A stretch of 64,000 nucleotides of DNA from Bacteroidales bacterium (GCA_028282585.1 JANQHR010000126.1:32001-96000), one strand, 5' to 3'; numbered from the stretch's first letter, positions 28,446-38,391 are shown. Notes: generated by a model not told the origin, from the sequence alone. Made by a program: numbers and translations.

Positions 28446-31400
28446 TTATTTTTTAATCTTAACCTTTTCGAGAAGATCAAGTAGTTTCTTTATCTTAATT
28501 TTTTCAGGTAAATCCAAAAGCTTTTTCAGCCATTCATAATAAAGTGCTACATAGAAAAATAGTGTCATTACCCAAATAAAAATGAGATTAAACCAATAAG
28601 TATCATGATATGCTCCGGCAAAGTACTTTCTTGGGGCATAAAAGTGCGATCTAAAATTAAAGAATCCTTCAATGTCAGGGTCTCTATAAATTGGATCTAC
28701 TTGTTGTACAAGTTCATCTTTATACTGAATAATTTTATTTTTTTCAAAAACCTTTTTTACTTGATCCTCGACGCTCTCGTTATGAAAAGCGTTTCTTTTC
28801 ATTCGATATAATTCAGGGTTAGTTTTTAGAAGATATCGAATAATATTTTCTTTCTCATTATTAGCTTTTTGGAATATCATTCCATAATAAGAATATAACT
28901 TCTCAAGAAACTCATTGGTTTTACCCAATACCAATTCGTTGAAATTAGAAGTATCTAACTGATGAGCAACTTCAAAAGGAATACCAGTTCTGGTTTCTTC
29001 TTTTGGTAGTTCTGTTTTAAGCAATCGAAGATCTCTTGTAATTTTTTCCTTTACTTCCGGATCTGTATCAAATTTATACCAATTATCTTCCATATATTCA
29101 ACTCGCTTTTCAAGTTCAGGAAGATAGTAGACCTGTTTAAAGTCGGCATTACTTTCACGCTTCTCTATTTCGTAAAAATTCTTTTCAAATTTATTATTTT
29201 TAAACTGATTTACCATTAAAGCTTCAAATGACCATTTTGTTGGCATAAATTCAGCAACTAAAGGTACTTTCTTTACACTACCTATCGCTCTATTCATTTT
29301 ATCGAATGGAAACATTGCCCCACTTAATATCATCATAGGAATCATTAGTAATGGAATCAAAATATATATGGTTACAGCCGAATTAAAGGATGCTGACACA
29401 TTTAAACCCATCATATTCGCAAATGCAGCGGTAGTAAAAAGGGCAAACCAATATTCAAAAGTCATCGCTCGAATTCCTAAAATATTGTTTGCGATAAGTA
29501 CAAAAAATATGGATTGTATCGCTGATATAGTAAATAAAATAAATATTTTCGAAATCAAATAACTGGATCTACTTAAATTTAAAAAGGCTTCTCGTTTTAA
29601 AATTTTCCTATCCCGGAAAATTTCTTCGGCACTAACCGTTAAGCCTAGGAACAGGGCTACAATTAGCCCCATGAATATATATATATGGATGTTTTCGTTT
29701 TCTCTAAAAATATAAACCTTTGAGTTAGGATCGGCAATATAGCGAATAATATAAGAAAGAATAAATCCTAAAATTGGTGATTCAAGTAAGTTAAGCGCAA
29801 TATATTGTTTATTGCTTATTTTAGACAAGAAATCTCTAATAGTATAGATTTTTAATTGTCTTAACCATGAAGGGATTTTTAAGGTAGAAGGAGGAGGATC
29901 TTTAACCTCTTCCACTTCTTCCATTTTTATATTTTCTTTAAAATTTTCTTCCCATTTTACAGGTGAAATTTTCCTTTTTGGAGTGTACTTTCCGTATTCG
30001 TCAACTACTTTGGCTTCTATAATGTTAAAAATAAGTTCTGGATTAACATTACCACAAGTAGGACATTCTCCAACATCACTGTTAATTTGAGCATCTAGCC
30101 TTTTAAAATACATAACTCCTTCAACAGGGTTTCCATAATAAATCATATAGCCGCCTGTATCAAGAATTATCATATTATCAAACATTTTATAAATGTCTGA
30201 CGATGGTTGGTGTATTACCACAAAAATAAGTTTTCCTTTAAGAGCAAGTTCTCTTAAGAGGTCCATAACATTTTCTGAATCTCTTGATGAAAGTCCTGAG
30301 GTCGGTTCATCAACTAATAAAATAGATGGTTCACGTATTAACTCTAAAGCGATATTAAGTCTTTTTCTTTGTCCACCACTAATCATTTTGTTCATTGGTG
30401 AACCTACTTTTAAGTCCTTACGCTCATATAATCCAAGATTTGTTAAAGTTTTGTTTACTAGTTCAACGATTTCTTCTTCAGTTTTATCGTTGAAACATAA
30501 TTTTGCATTATAATATAAATTTTGAAAAACTGTTAATTCTTCAATCAATAAGTCATCTTGAGGAATATAGCCAATTACTCCTTCAAGCTTTTCTTTTTCT
30601 TTATGAAGATTAACCCCATTAATTAGTATTTCACCCGAAGTTGGTTCGTTTAAACCTGTAAGAACATTAAGCAAAGTTGTTTTCCCAGCTCCACTAGCAC
30701 CCATTAGACCAATGAGTTTACCTTGGTCTTCGGAGAAACTAATATTTCTTAATCCAACTCCACCATTTGGAAATACATAGCCAATATTTTCAGCAGTATA
30801 AGAAATCCGCGTCGTGGTGCTATCTGCAAGATAATGAGCAACAACATCACTGTAATATATAGGTTTTCCTTTAGGAAGCTTTATAGTCCCTCCGCTCGCA
30901 AATAGGTAGATTCGGTTGTTATTAACTGGTAAGCCATTCAAAAATAAGTCTTCATTTCCAGTGTAACGCATAAAGTAAAGGTCAACACTTTTAACCTGAA
31001 GGATAAATAGGTTTCCACCCAAAGCTTCAACCTGAATATGTTTGGCTTCTTTACTCTGATTTTTCCGATCGTTTATGATTAAATTTCCTGGATTATCAAT
31101 TTCTGTAATTTCATTATGAATTACAAAGCTTTCGATATTTCTAAATTCGTCGCGGGTAAGTTTAAATACTTCAGAAACCGTATGAATGATGGCCATTCGT
31201 TGTTCTGAGAACTTTCTATCTGCATTTACTAACTCAAAAAGTCTTACCAGAACAATAATTTTCTGTTTTTGGGTAAGTGTTTTATTAATCTTTTTACAGA
31301 TTCCCAAGATTCTTACAGAATCCTTAACAGAAGTTAATTTTACCTTATCACTTTTTCCTGAATTGTCATTTAATCCGGCTTTTTCATCAAAAAGAGCCAT

Positions 31401-31541
31401 ATATTCAGGAATAGCTTCATCATTTAATTGCTGAGTTAAGAAATTTTGCACATATTCCCTTTCGCTGGATTCAACCCCTTCGTCTTGTTTTGCTATAATG
31501 GCAAACAATTGCATAAGGGCTTTTAAAATCTCTTCACTCAT
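28446..31541 (-). CDS. ABCG/White-like fused ABC transporter with N-terminal TerB-like domain
   Basis: GASGAGKTT, ISGGQRKR, LVDEPTSGL, IHQP, followed by ABC2-type TM domain; N-terminal helical domain resembling TerB. Confidence 0.85.
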   Translation of the reverse strand: MSEEILKALMQLFAIIAKQDEGVESSEREYVQNFLTQQLNDEAIPEYMALFDEKAGLNDNSGKSDKVKLTSVKDSVRILGICKKINKTLTQKQKIIVLVRLFELVNADRKFSEQRMAIIHTVSEVFKLTRDEFRNIESFVIHNEITEIDNPGNLIINDRKNQSKEAKHIQVEALGGNLFILQVKSVDLYFMRYTGNEDLFLNGLPVNNNRIYLFASGGTIKLPKGKPIYYSDVVAHYLADSTTTRISYTAENIGYVFPNGGVGLRNISFSEDQGKLIGLMGASGAGKTTLLNVLTGLNEPTSGEILINGVNLHKEKEKLEGVIGYIPQDDLLIEELTVFQNLYYNAKLCFNDKTEEEIVELVNKTLTNLGLYERKDLKVGSPMNKMISGGQRKRLNIALELIREPSILLVDEPTSGLSSRDSENVMDLLRELALKGKLIFVVIHQPSSDIYKMFDNMIILDTGGYMIYYGNPVEGVMYFKRLDAQINSDVGECPTCGNVNPELIFNIIEAKVVDEYGKYTPKRKISPVKWEENFKENIKMEEVEEVKDPPPSTLKIPSWLRQLKIYTIRDFLSKISNKQYIALNLLESPILGFILSYIIRYIADPNSKVYIFRENENIHIYIFMGLIVALFLGLTVSAEEIFRDRKILKREAFLNLSRSSYLISKIFILFTISAIQSIFFVLIANNILGIRAMTFEYWFALFTTAAFANMMGLNVSASFNSAVTIYILIPLLMIPMMILSGAMFPFDKMNRAIGSVKKVPLVAEFMPTKWSFEALMVNQFKNNKFEKNFYEIEKRESNADFKQVYYLPELEKRVEYMEDNWYKFDTDPEVKEKITRDLRLLKTELPKEETRTGIPFEVAHQLDTSNFNELVLGKTNEFLEKLYSYYGMIFQKANNEKENIIRYLLKTNPELYRMKRNAFHNESVEDQVKKVFEKNKIIQYKDELVQQVDPIYRDPDIEGFFNFRSHFYAPRKYFAGAYHDTYWFNLIFIWVMTLFFYVALYYEWLKKLLDLPEKIKIKKLLDLLEKVKIKK

Positions 31542-31578
31542 AATTTAAAATATATGATAATAAAAGGTAAGCTGATAA

Positions 31579-31959
31579 TTATAAGGTATAACTTACTTGC
31601 TCAAAAGGAACATCAACGATATCTGCATATTCTTCACCTGCTTCTTCCATATCTTCATCATCTTCCGGGAAATACCACTTAATTAGAACACTCTTTCCAT
31701 TTTCATGCATTTCTTCTAGCTTCATTAAAATATCAAGAATTAATTTTGAAGATGCAGTGTTGAAATATACTAATTTAAAGGAAAATACTGTTTGGTCATT
31801 TGCCTCTTCCTGATAATCTTCCAGCCAATTTAAGATAGGCTCATAAAAAGTTGTTACGTCTTCAGGAAGCGATCTGCCTGAAATTTCAAAAATCCCATTT
31901 TCTTTGTCTAGAATAATGGTAGGAGTATCGTCAGTACCTTTAATCTTTATTACTTCCAT
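31579..31959 (-). CDS. SiaC family phosphoprotein (DUF1987)
   Basis: TP, ISGRSLPED, FYEP, YFNTASSK, W.Y..DDEDM.E.GE pattern. Confidence 0.88.
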   Translation of the reverse strand: MEVIKIKGTDDTPTIILDKENGIFEISGRSLPEDVTTFYEPILNWLEDYQEEANDQTVFSFKLVYFNTASSKLILDILMKLEEMHENGKSVLIKWYFPEDDEDMEEAGEEYADIVDVPFEQVSYTL

Positions 31960-31973
31960 GATATAATTATAAT

Positions 31974-32549
31974 TTATGCGTTTCTTGAAATTGAAGATGT
32001 TAATAGAAAGAATGAACTTCCTTCATCAATTGGAAGAAAATGAAATTCCAGTTTATTTCCAGTTTTACGAGCGATATCGATAAAACCTAAACCGGCACCA
32101 CCTTTCTCTGAAAGTCTTCCTTCTTTCATCTGGCTTTTATAAAGTTGCTTTAGACCCTCTTTGTCTAAGCTGTTAATATGGTTGAGCATTTCAGTAAGTT
32201 CTTCAATTTTATCATTTTCAATTACATTACCAGTTGTAACATGATAATCTGTTTTTCCTTTACTTACCATAAAAATGCCTCGGCCTGCAAATAAGAAATC
32301 ATCCGATCCAAAAGAATCGGCATGTTTACTTATATTCTGCAAGCATTCAACCATAACATGGAACACCTTCTTCTGAACTGAATTGGCTTCTGATTCTTTA
32401 GCCATGTTCGATTCAGTTAGAGAAGTAAATGCTTTGGTAATTTGGTGAGTAATTTCTCCCTCATATACCAAAGTAATTTCGTGCGCTTTCATGGACCGGT
32501 AAAAATCATAAACAAACTCCAGAAAGCCTTTTACATTACTTTTATCCAT
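31974..32549 (-). CDS. SiaB family protein kinase
   Basis: YEGEI, VECLQNISKH, TGN, GAGLGFIDIARK (GHKL-like). Confidence 0.88.
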   Translation of the reverse strand: MDKSNVKGFLEFVYDFYRSMKAHEITLVYEGEITHQITKAFTSLTESNMAKESEANSVQKKVFHVMVECLQNISKHADSFGSDDFLFAGRGIFMVSKGKTDYHVTTGNVIENDKIEELTEMLNHINSLDKEGLKQLYKSQMKEGRLSEKGGAGLGFIDIARKTGNKLEFHFLPIDEGSSFFLLTSSISRNA

Positions 32550-32587
32550 AGGTTGTAAAATTAATATTTATTAAAAATAATAAAAAA

Positions 32588-35212
32588 TTAAAATTCTATT
32601 CCAATTAATAATACATCATCGATCTGTTTTTGCTTTCCTTTCCAGTTTTTAAAATCAGTAGCAAATAAATTTGAAAACTGTTGCATAGAAAGATCCTTGT
32701 TTTCAGTAATATGTGATCGAATTCGTTGAGGAGAGTATTTTCTTCCCTCAGGTCCGCCAATCTGGTCCGGCATTCCATCTGAGAAAATAAATATTTTATC
32801 TCCTTTTTTTATTTCTATAATATGATTAATGAAATCCTTTTCTGCTTTTTTTCTATGTGGTATACCTCCAATAGCTTTTCGGTTTCCCTTATATTCTAAT
32901 AACTCACCATCTCTTAACAGATATAATGGTCTATGAGCTCCGGAGAATTGTAACTCTTTCTTTTTAAGATTAATTCGGCAAAATGCTATATCCATTCCAT
33001 CCCTTGCATCAGCATCTATTCTGTCTTGCTTTAAGGTTGTTCTTACACCGAAATGTAACTTATCAAGTATTTGGCCGGCGGTATAATTTACATCGTGGTC
33101 GACAATATTGTTTAATTGGAAATATCCGATAAATGATAAGAGAGCACCTGGAACACCATGACCAGTGCAGTCAACCGCCGAGATATATAAGATATCATCC
33201 TTTTTAAAGAACCAAGGAAAATCACCACTAACAACATCACGAGGTAAATAAAAAATAAATGATTTTGGCAAATATTCCTGAATTATTGCCGTATTAGGTA
33301 AAATTGAAGATTGAATGCGTTGTGCATAGTTAATACTTTCATTGATTTTTTTATTCTTATCTTTAATTTCAAGCTCAATCTGTTTAGCCTCAGTAATATC
33401 ATGACCTACAAAAAGAATAGTTTCAAGTTCATTTTCGTTAAATTCAGGTATAGCATTGAAATTCATAATGCGTTCACCCAAATGTGCTGTTGGCATGTTT
33501 AGTTCTTCATTCAGCTTTTGATTTGATTTGCGTATTTTCTTGATTGATTCCCTAAAGAAACTTACTAAAACAGGTTCAACGTCTAATTCATCAATTCGAC
33601 TATTAATAATATCTTTTGATTTTACTCCAAGATAATCATCAACCATTGGATTAGCGTAAAAAAACTGGCCTTTTGTATTCATACGCAATATTAGATCGGG
33701 AGAATTTTCCGATAATGATTGCATTTTACTTTTCATTCTTTCCTCTTTTTCGGCTCTCTTTCTTTCTGTAATATCTTGAGAATTAAGAATGATACCATTT
33801 ATGGCAGGATCATTTAATAAATTTCGTCCTGTTGTTTCAATATGAATTTTTTTACCATCTTTCTTTATATAAGTATATTGAATTGCTCGCGGAGTATGTG
33901 AATCTTCCAATAACTGCTCAAACATTTCTTTCATAGCAGCTTCACCTTTGGCTGTTAATCGGTCCATATCTTTACCACTCATCATTTCTTCAGGAGTATA
34001 TCCTAGGATTTTAGTGACAGAAGGACTCTGGTAAATAAGTTTTAGCTCATTATTATAAATTGAGATTACCTCGGATGCATTTTCAAGAAGTGAATGAAGT
34101 CGTTTTTGTGCATTTTCAACTTCTTTTATTTGTGTTTCAAGCTTTTTATTGGATATTTCAAGCTCTTCCTGAGTGGCCCTCATTTCTTCAGCATTCTGAC
34201 GAAGTTGCTCTTCATTTGCTTTAAGCTCCGTAGTCATTTCTTGTGACTCTTTGAGTAACTTCTCTGTTTTCTGATTCATTTTCAGGTTATACAGAGTACG
34301 AGCTATAATTTCTCCCAATTCTTTAAGGAAAATAATGGTGAGTTCCGGGAATCGGTCTTTTATTGATGCAAATTCAATTACACCTTGTAACTTTTCTTCA
34401 GTTATTAAAGGAACAATTAGAATACTGCAAGGCTTTTTATCACCTAAAATCCCGGATGTAATCGACGCATAATCTTCCGGAATCTCAGTTCTGTAAACTA
34501 TGTCATGCTCATATGCGCACTGCCCAATTAGACCTTCTCCAACTTTGAATTCTTGGTTTATATATCTTTTTCTATTATAAGCATAGGTACCAAGATTTAT
34601 GATTTTATTTTCTTGATCGTTGTATAAATAAAAAGATCCTTGAATTACATCAATATATTTTATTAATTCAACAAGAACTTCATATGCAAGTTCTTCAATA
34701 TTGTTATGCATTCGAAGTATTCCCGAAATTAAATCTTTACCTTCAGATATCCAGTTTTGTTCTTTCTCTTTTTTACTATTTGCGAGAAGGTTATCGCGCA
34801 TAACAATTAATGACTTTCCAATTATATCGTCTTCATCAATAAGATCATCTTTGTCATCATATATTCCTTCGCCAATTTTTTTTGCGAATCTTGCATTTCT
34901 GTTAATGTCTTGATCACGTTGCTGAATGATTCTTTCAAACGCAGATTTATCTCGTTCTCTCTTCTTTATTGAAAAATAGATTACTACAACAACAATAATT
35001 GGTAATGAATCGATCAACCAATGTATAGGATTTGTTTTATGAATATGAACTATTGTTTGAAAAGATATACTTTGATTATTTAATAAAATATCAATAATCC
35101 ATGAAAAGAATAAAAAGAGCAATGAAACACCAGCTCCAATTAATAAATCGTTGTATGAAATTACACCTAATTTGCTTTTCTGTTTTCTAACAGCCATATA
35201 TTCATTAAACAT
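32588..35212 (-). CDS. Membrane GAF-coiled coil-PAS-PAS-SpoIIE (PP2C) phosphatase, SiaA-like
   Basis: 2 TM, GAF, two PAS, SINYAQRIQ, VSGDF, DCTGHGVPGA, DGMD, SDG..DQ.GG, QIDDV. Confidence 0.9.
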   Translation of the reverse strand: MFNEYMAVRKQKSKLGVISYNDLLIGAGVSLLFLFFSWIIDILLNNQSISFQTIVHIHKTNPIHWLIDSLPIIVVVVIYFSIKKRERDKSAFERIIQQRDQDINRNARFAKKIGEGIYDDKDDLIDEDDIIGKSLIVMRDNLLANSKKEKEQNWISEGKDLISGILRMHNNIEELAYEVLVELIKYIDVIQGSFYLYNDQENKIINLGTYAYNRKRYINQEFKVGEGLIGQCAYEHDIVYRTEIPEDYASITSGILGDKKPCSILIVPLITEEKLQGVIEFASIKDRFPELTIIFLKELGEIIARTLYNLKMNQKTEKLLKESQEMTTELKANEEQLRQNAEEMRATQEELEISNKKLETQIKEVENAQKRLHSLLENASEVISIYNNELKLIYQSPSVTKILGYTPEEMMSGKDMDRLTAKGEAAMKEMFEQLLEDSHTPRAIQYTYIKKDGKKIHIETTGRNLLNDPAINGIILNSQDITERKRAEKEERMKSKMQSLSENSPDLILRMNTKGQFFYANPMVDDYLGVKSKDIINSRIDELDVEPVLVSFFRESIKKIRKSNQKLNEELNMPTAHLGERIMNFNAIPEFNENELETILFVGHDITEAKQIELEIKDKNKKINESINYAQRIQSSILPNTAIIQEYLPKSFIFYLPRDVVSGDFPWFFKKDDILYISAVDCTGHGVPGALLSFIGYFQLNNIVDHDVNYTAGQILDKLHFGVRTTLKQDRIDADARDGMDIAFCRINLKKKELQFSGAHRPLYLLRDGELLEYKGNRKAIGGIPHRKKAEKDFINHIIEIKKGDKIFIFSDGMPDQIGGPEGRKYSPQRIRSHITENKDLSMQQFSNLFATDFKNWKGKQKQIDDVLLIGIEF

Positions 35213-35977
35213 TTAATACTTCAATACTACCTGTGCAATTTGCTCTGCCATGCCTTCAAATAAATCAATAAAATTTGATTTAAATTCTTTAAAAGATGCT
35301 AATTCTATAATTGCATGTGTTTTGTTTTCCCAAACTATTGGGATTATTATAACGTGGTCTGGCGAACTGCTTCCTAATCCAGACAGTATGGTAACATAAT
35401 TTTCAGGAATTTCTTCTAAAATTAAAGCCTTTTTGTTTTTTGCAACCTGCCCTGATAATGTTTCACCAATATTAAAGCTTTTTGGTTCTTCTTCACCAAA
35501 GTAAGCATATTTTCCAGTAATATTATAGATGTCTTTGTTTTTTTCTTTTACAAAGAATAACCCCTGGACAATATCAAATTCTTTTGCAATATTTGAAAGA
35601 ATTTTCTCGGTTAATTTTATTATATCGGTTTTGGCGTTTGCTTTAGGTATTATCTTTTTTAAATAATATTCAACATCAAAAGATTCTTCCCGGCCAGATT
35701 CATCTTCAAAGTCCATTTTTTTAGTATCTTCTTCAATTTCAGCAAGCTTATTGCGATTGTATTTATCATTGGAACCGTTGCTATATGTAGCTAAAATTGA
35801 GATGATAAATAAAGCTACTGTTAATATGGAAGCTAGTCCCAATAACAAATAAAGGTTTCGGGAATAACTATAGCTTTCAATTATGTTTTGAAGATGTCCA
35901 AAAAGTATAAAAAAGATGATTAGTTCGGAAAGAAGAACTGTAAAAGCAATGATTTTATATAAACTAGTTTTATTCAT
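35213..35977 (-). CDS. Membrane-anchored stand-alone GAF-domain protein
   Basis: 2 TM, then GETLSGQVA, IPENY..I.SGLG, IIELAS. Confidence 0.8.
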   Translation of the reverse strand: MNKTSLYKIIAFTVLLSELIIFFILFGHLQNIIESYSYSRNLYLLLGLASILTVALFIISILATYSNGSNDKYNRNKLAEIEEDTKKMDFEDESGREESFDVEYYLKKIIPKANAKTDIIKLTEKILSNIAKEFDIVQGLFFVKEKNKDIYNITGKYAYFGEEEPKSFNIGETLSGQVAKNKKALILEEIPENYVTILSGLGSSSPDHVIIIPIVWENKTHAIIELASFKEFKSNFIDLFEGMAEQIAQVVLKY

Positions 35978-35986
35978 ACAAATTGA

Positions 35987-36544
35987 TCATGTTATTTTTT
36001 GCAGGAATTTAATAATTTGATCTGTTGTAAATATGTGATCTACAGTTGTTAATTTAAGTGATGCTTCCGTCATTGTTTTTACCTGGCACTCATTTGGGTC
36101 TTGAACAATAGTTAAACCACCAGCTTGTTTTAATTTTTTAAGGCCGTATGCTCCATCTCGATTAGCTCCGGATAAGATGATACCAATTAATTTATTTCGA
36201 TATGCTTGTGCCGCTGTTTCAAACGTAAGATCGATAGACGGACGTGAATGATTTACAGGCTCTTCGGTTGACAATGCAATTCGCTTATTTAGTTCAATAT
36301 ACATATGGTAATTTGCTGGTGCAAGATAACCTTTTCCTGGTTTAATAGTTTCTTTATCGTAAGGTTCCACAATTGGAATTGTTGATTTAATAGATAAAGC
36401 TTCAACGAATCCGGAACGTACATGCTTTAACCTATGTAAGCTTAATAAAACAGGTAATGGAAAATTTTTAGGTAAAGAACTTAATATTTTTGTAATTACC
36501 TGAAAACTCCCGGCTGATCCTCCTATAACAACGGCTTTATACAT
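35987..36544 (-). CDS. cheB: CheB-type methylesterase (no receiver domain)
   Basis: GGSAG (Ser), LHR (His), RPSID, GANRDGA (Asp), VQDP. Confidence 0.9.
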   Translation of the reverse strand: MYKAVVIGGSAGSFQVITKILSSLPKNFPLPVLLSLHRLKHVRSGFVEALSIKSTIPIVEPYDKETIKPGKGYLAPANYHMYIELNKRIALSTEEPVNHSRPSIDLTFETAAQAYRNKLIGIILSGANRDGAYGLKKLKQAGGLTIVQDPNECQVKTMTEASLKLTTVDHIFTTDQIIKFLQKIT

Positions 36545-36549
36545 TTAAA

Positions 36550-37380
36550 TTACGATAGTTTCTTTTTATATATACTTTCATCTTTATTAACTACAGAAAA
36601 ATCTTTTTCTGAATTCCAGTATTCGATCTTTTCATTGTTTCCAACAATAAAATGTCCTCCCGGAACCATGCTGTTATAAATAATTTTTATAAACCGTTCC
36701 TGCAAAATTTGATTATAATATATCATTTGATTTCGGAACAATACTAATTTTATCCCTTTCGGATAATCATCAAATATAATATTTTGTTTGATAAATTTAG
36801 TATTCTCTATTAAAGAAGTATCCCATCGGGCTTTATCTCCATCAATTTTATAAAAACCAGAGAGGTTTGCATCACTAAAAACTCTTTTAAAGTTAGCATC
36901 GTTAACTTCTGATTTTTTCGGATCAAAAATACCCTGTTTGGTCTTATCGATATGAAGTTCACTAATGCTTGATGCTATAAGTTGCACTTTATCCAGTAGA
37001 TTAAGTTTTTTAAGAACTATTGCTGCCGAAAATAATTCATCTCCGGAAGAAACCTCAGGAAACCAAATTTTAAAACTTGTACTTCCTTTTATATTTTTAG
37101 GAAATATTTCTTCTCTTAATAATCTCCATAATGACGGATCACGGAAAGCTTCAGTATTTTCTACGCAAATTTCCTGAAGAAATAATTCAAAAAAATTTTT
37201 TTCCAGTTCAATTTTACGAATAAAGCCATCCGCATCTTTTAATTTATGATTAATGATAATTTTTTCAACACTTCGTTTAAAAAAAGTAAGTGCATAATTT
37301 TTAAAGTCATAATTATAAACATCTTGTAATGTTTTAATTATGTTCCTGGTATCTACTATGCCTAGTTCGTATTTAATCAT
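36550..37380 (-). CDS. CheR-like protein with degenerate SAM-binding motifs
   Basis: YDFKNY, TEAFRDP, WFPEVSSGDELFS, FRNQMIYY. Confidence 0.8.
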   Translation of the reverse strand: MIKYELGIVDTRNIIKTLQDVYNYDFKNYALTFFKRSVEKIIINHKLKDADGFIRKIELEKNFFELFLQEICVENTEAFRDPSLWRLLREEIFPKNIKGSTSFKIWFPEVSSGDELFSAAIVLKKLNLLDKVQLIASSISELHIDKTKQGIFDPKKSEVNDANFKRVFSDANLSGFYKIDGDKARWDTSLIENTKFIKQNIIFDDYPKGIKLVLFRNQMIYYNQILQERFIKIIYNSMVPGGHFIVGNNEKIEYWNSEKDFSVVNKDESIYKKKLS

Positions 37381-37401
37381 TCATTTTACCTTTTTACATC
37401 T

Positions 37402-38241
37402 TTATTTTTTTCTATATGCCTGACCTTTTTTTTCAAATTTTGAAGTTATTTCACCCAGCATAGTCTCGTGCATTCCAAGAACTAAATACCCATTCGTATA
37501 AAGATGATCGTGAAAAAGTTTAAATACCTTGTTTTGTAAACTGTATTTAAAATAAATAATAACATTTCTGCATAAAATCAGATCAAATTTTGCAAAGTAC
37601 AAATTCCCTCCCTGAACTAAATCATGTTGTCTGAAAATAGGTTTTTGCCTAAGGAAGTCATTCATCTGGATTGAATCCGATACCTTATCAATTTTAAAAT
37701 ATTTTGAATAAGGTACGTCATTATATTCCTCATAATTATAAGGATTTTCTTTAATTACTTTGTCAAAATTGTCGAGGTACCCAATGTTAAAACGATATTT
37801 GTAATTTCCTTTTTTAGCAGCATTAAGGGCATCAGTATTTAAATCACTCGCAAATATTTTTGCTTTATCTAAAAGTTCGAGTTCATTTAGTAAGATCATC
37901 ATGGAATAAACTTCTTGACCAGTTGAGCATCCTGCATGCCAAATATTAATATTTCTGTTTTCAGAAAATTTCGGTAAAATCCTATATCGTAAAGTTTGCC
38001 AAATTTGAGGATCTCTGAAAAGTTCAGTAGTATTTACTGTAATATCTTTTACAGTTTGTTCCAGAAATTCTTTATTTGTTTTTAATTTGTTGATTAAAGT
38101 AACAAGATCAGAATTGTTATCAATAAGTATTTTTTGTAAACGTCGCTTAAGTGATTTTTCGGAATATTCACTAAAATCGTACCCAGAGGTATTTTTAATT
38201 GTATTTACAAAAAATTGAACTTCTTGATCTGATAAAATCAT
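37402..38241 (-). CDS. cheR: CheR protein-glutamate methyltransferase
   Basis: GYDFSEY, TELFRDP, WHAGCSTGQEVYS, DLILCRNVIIYF, LVLG..E. Confidence 0.92.
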   Translation of the reverse strand: MILSDQEVQFFVNTIKNTSGYDFSEYSEKSLKRRLQKILIDNNSDLVTLINKLKTNKEFLEQTVKDITVNTTELFRDPQIWQTLRYRILPKFSENRNINIWHAGCSTGQEVYSMMILLNELELLDKAKIFASDLNTDALNAAKKGNYKYRFNIGYLDNFDKVIKENPYNYEEYNDVPYSKYFKIDKVSDSIQMNDFLRQKPIFRQHDLVQGGNLYFAKFDLILCRNVIIYFKYSLQNKVFKLFHDHLYTNGYLVLGMHETMLGEITSKFEKKGQAYRKK

Positions 38242-38310
38242 TCTGAGTCTTCAATTAAATAATGATATACTTGATACGCTAATTTAGTAAAATAGTTTGT
38301 TTTGAATGTG

Positions 38311-38318
38311 CAAAAATA
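38311..38318 (-). promoter_or_regulatory. -7 box TATTTTTG upstream of cheR
   Basis: Matches TAnnTTTG. Confidence 0.45.
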
Positions 38319-38391
38319 ACCAATAAACTTATATCCAAAAATTAAGCATATTAAAATAAACTTAAATTCTATTAATTATTTATATAATAAT

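Noticed and set aside
35987-38241. Flagellar chemotaxis operon
   Set aside because: No cheA, cheW, cheY, MCP or flagellar genes in the window, and CheB lacks a receiver domain.
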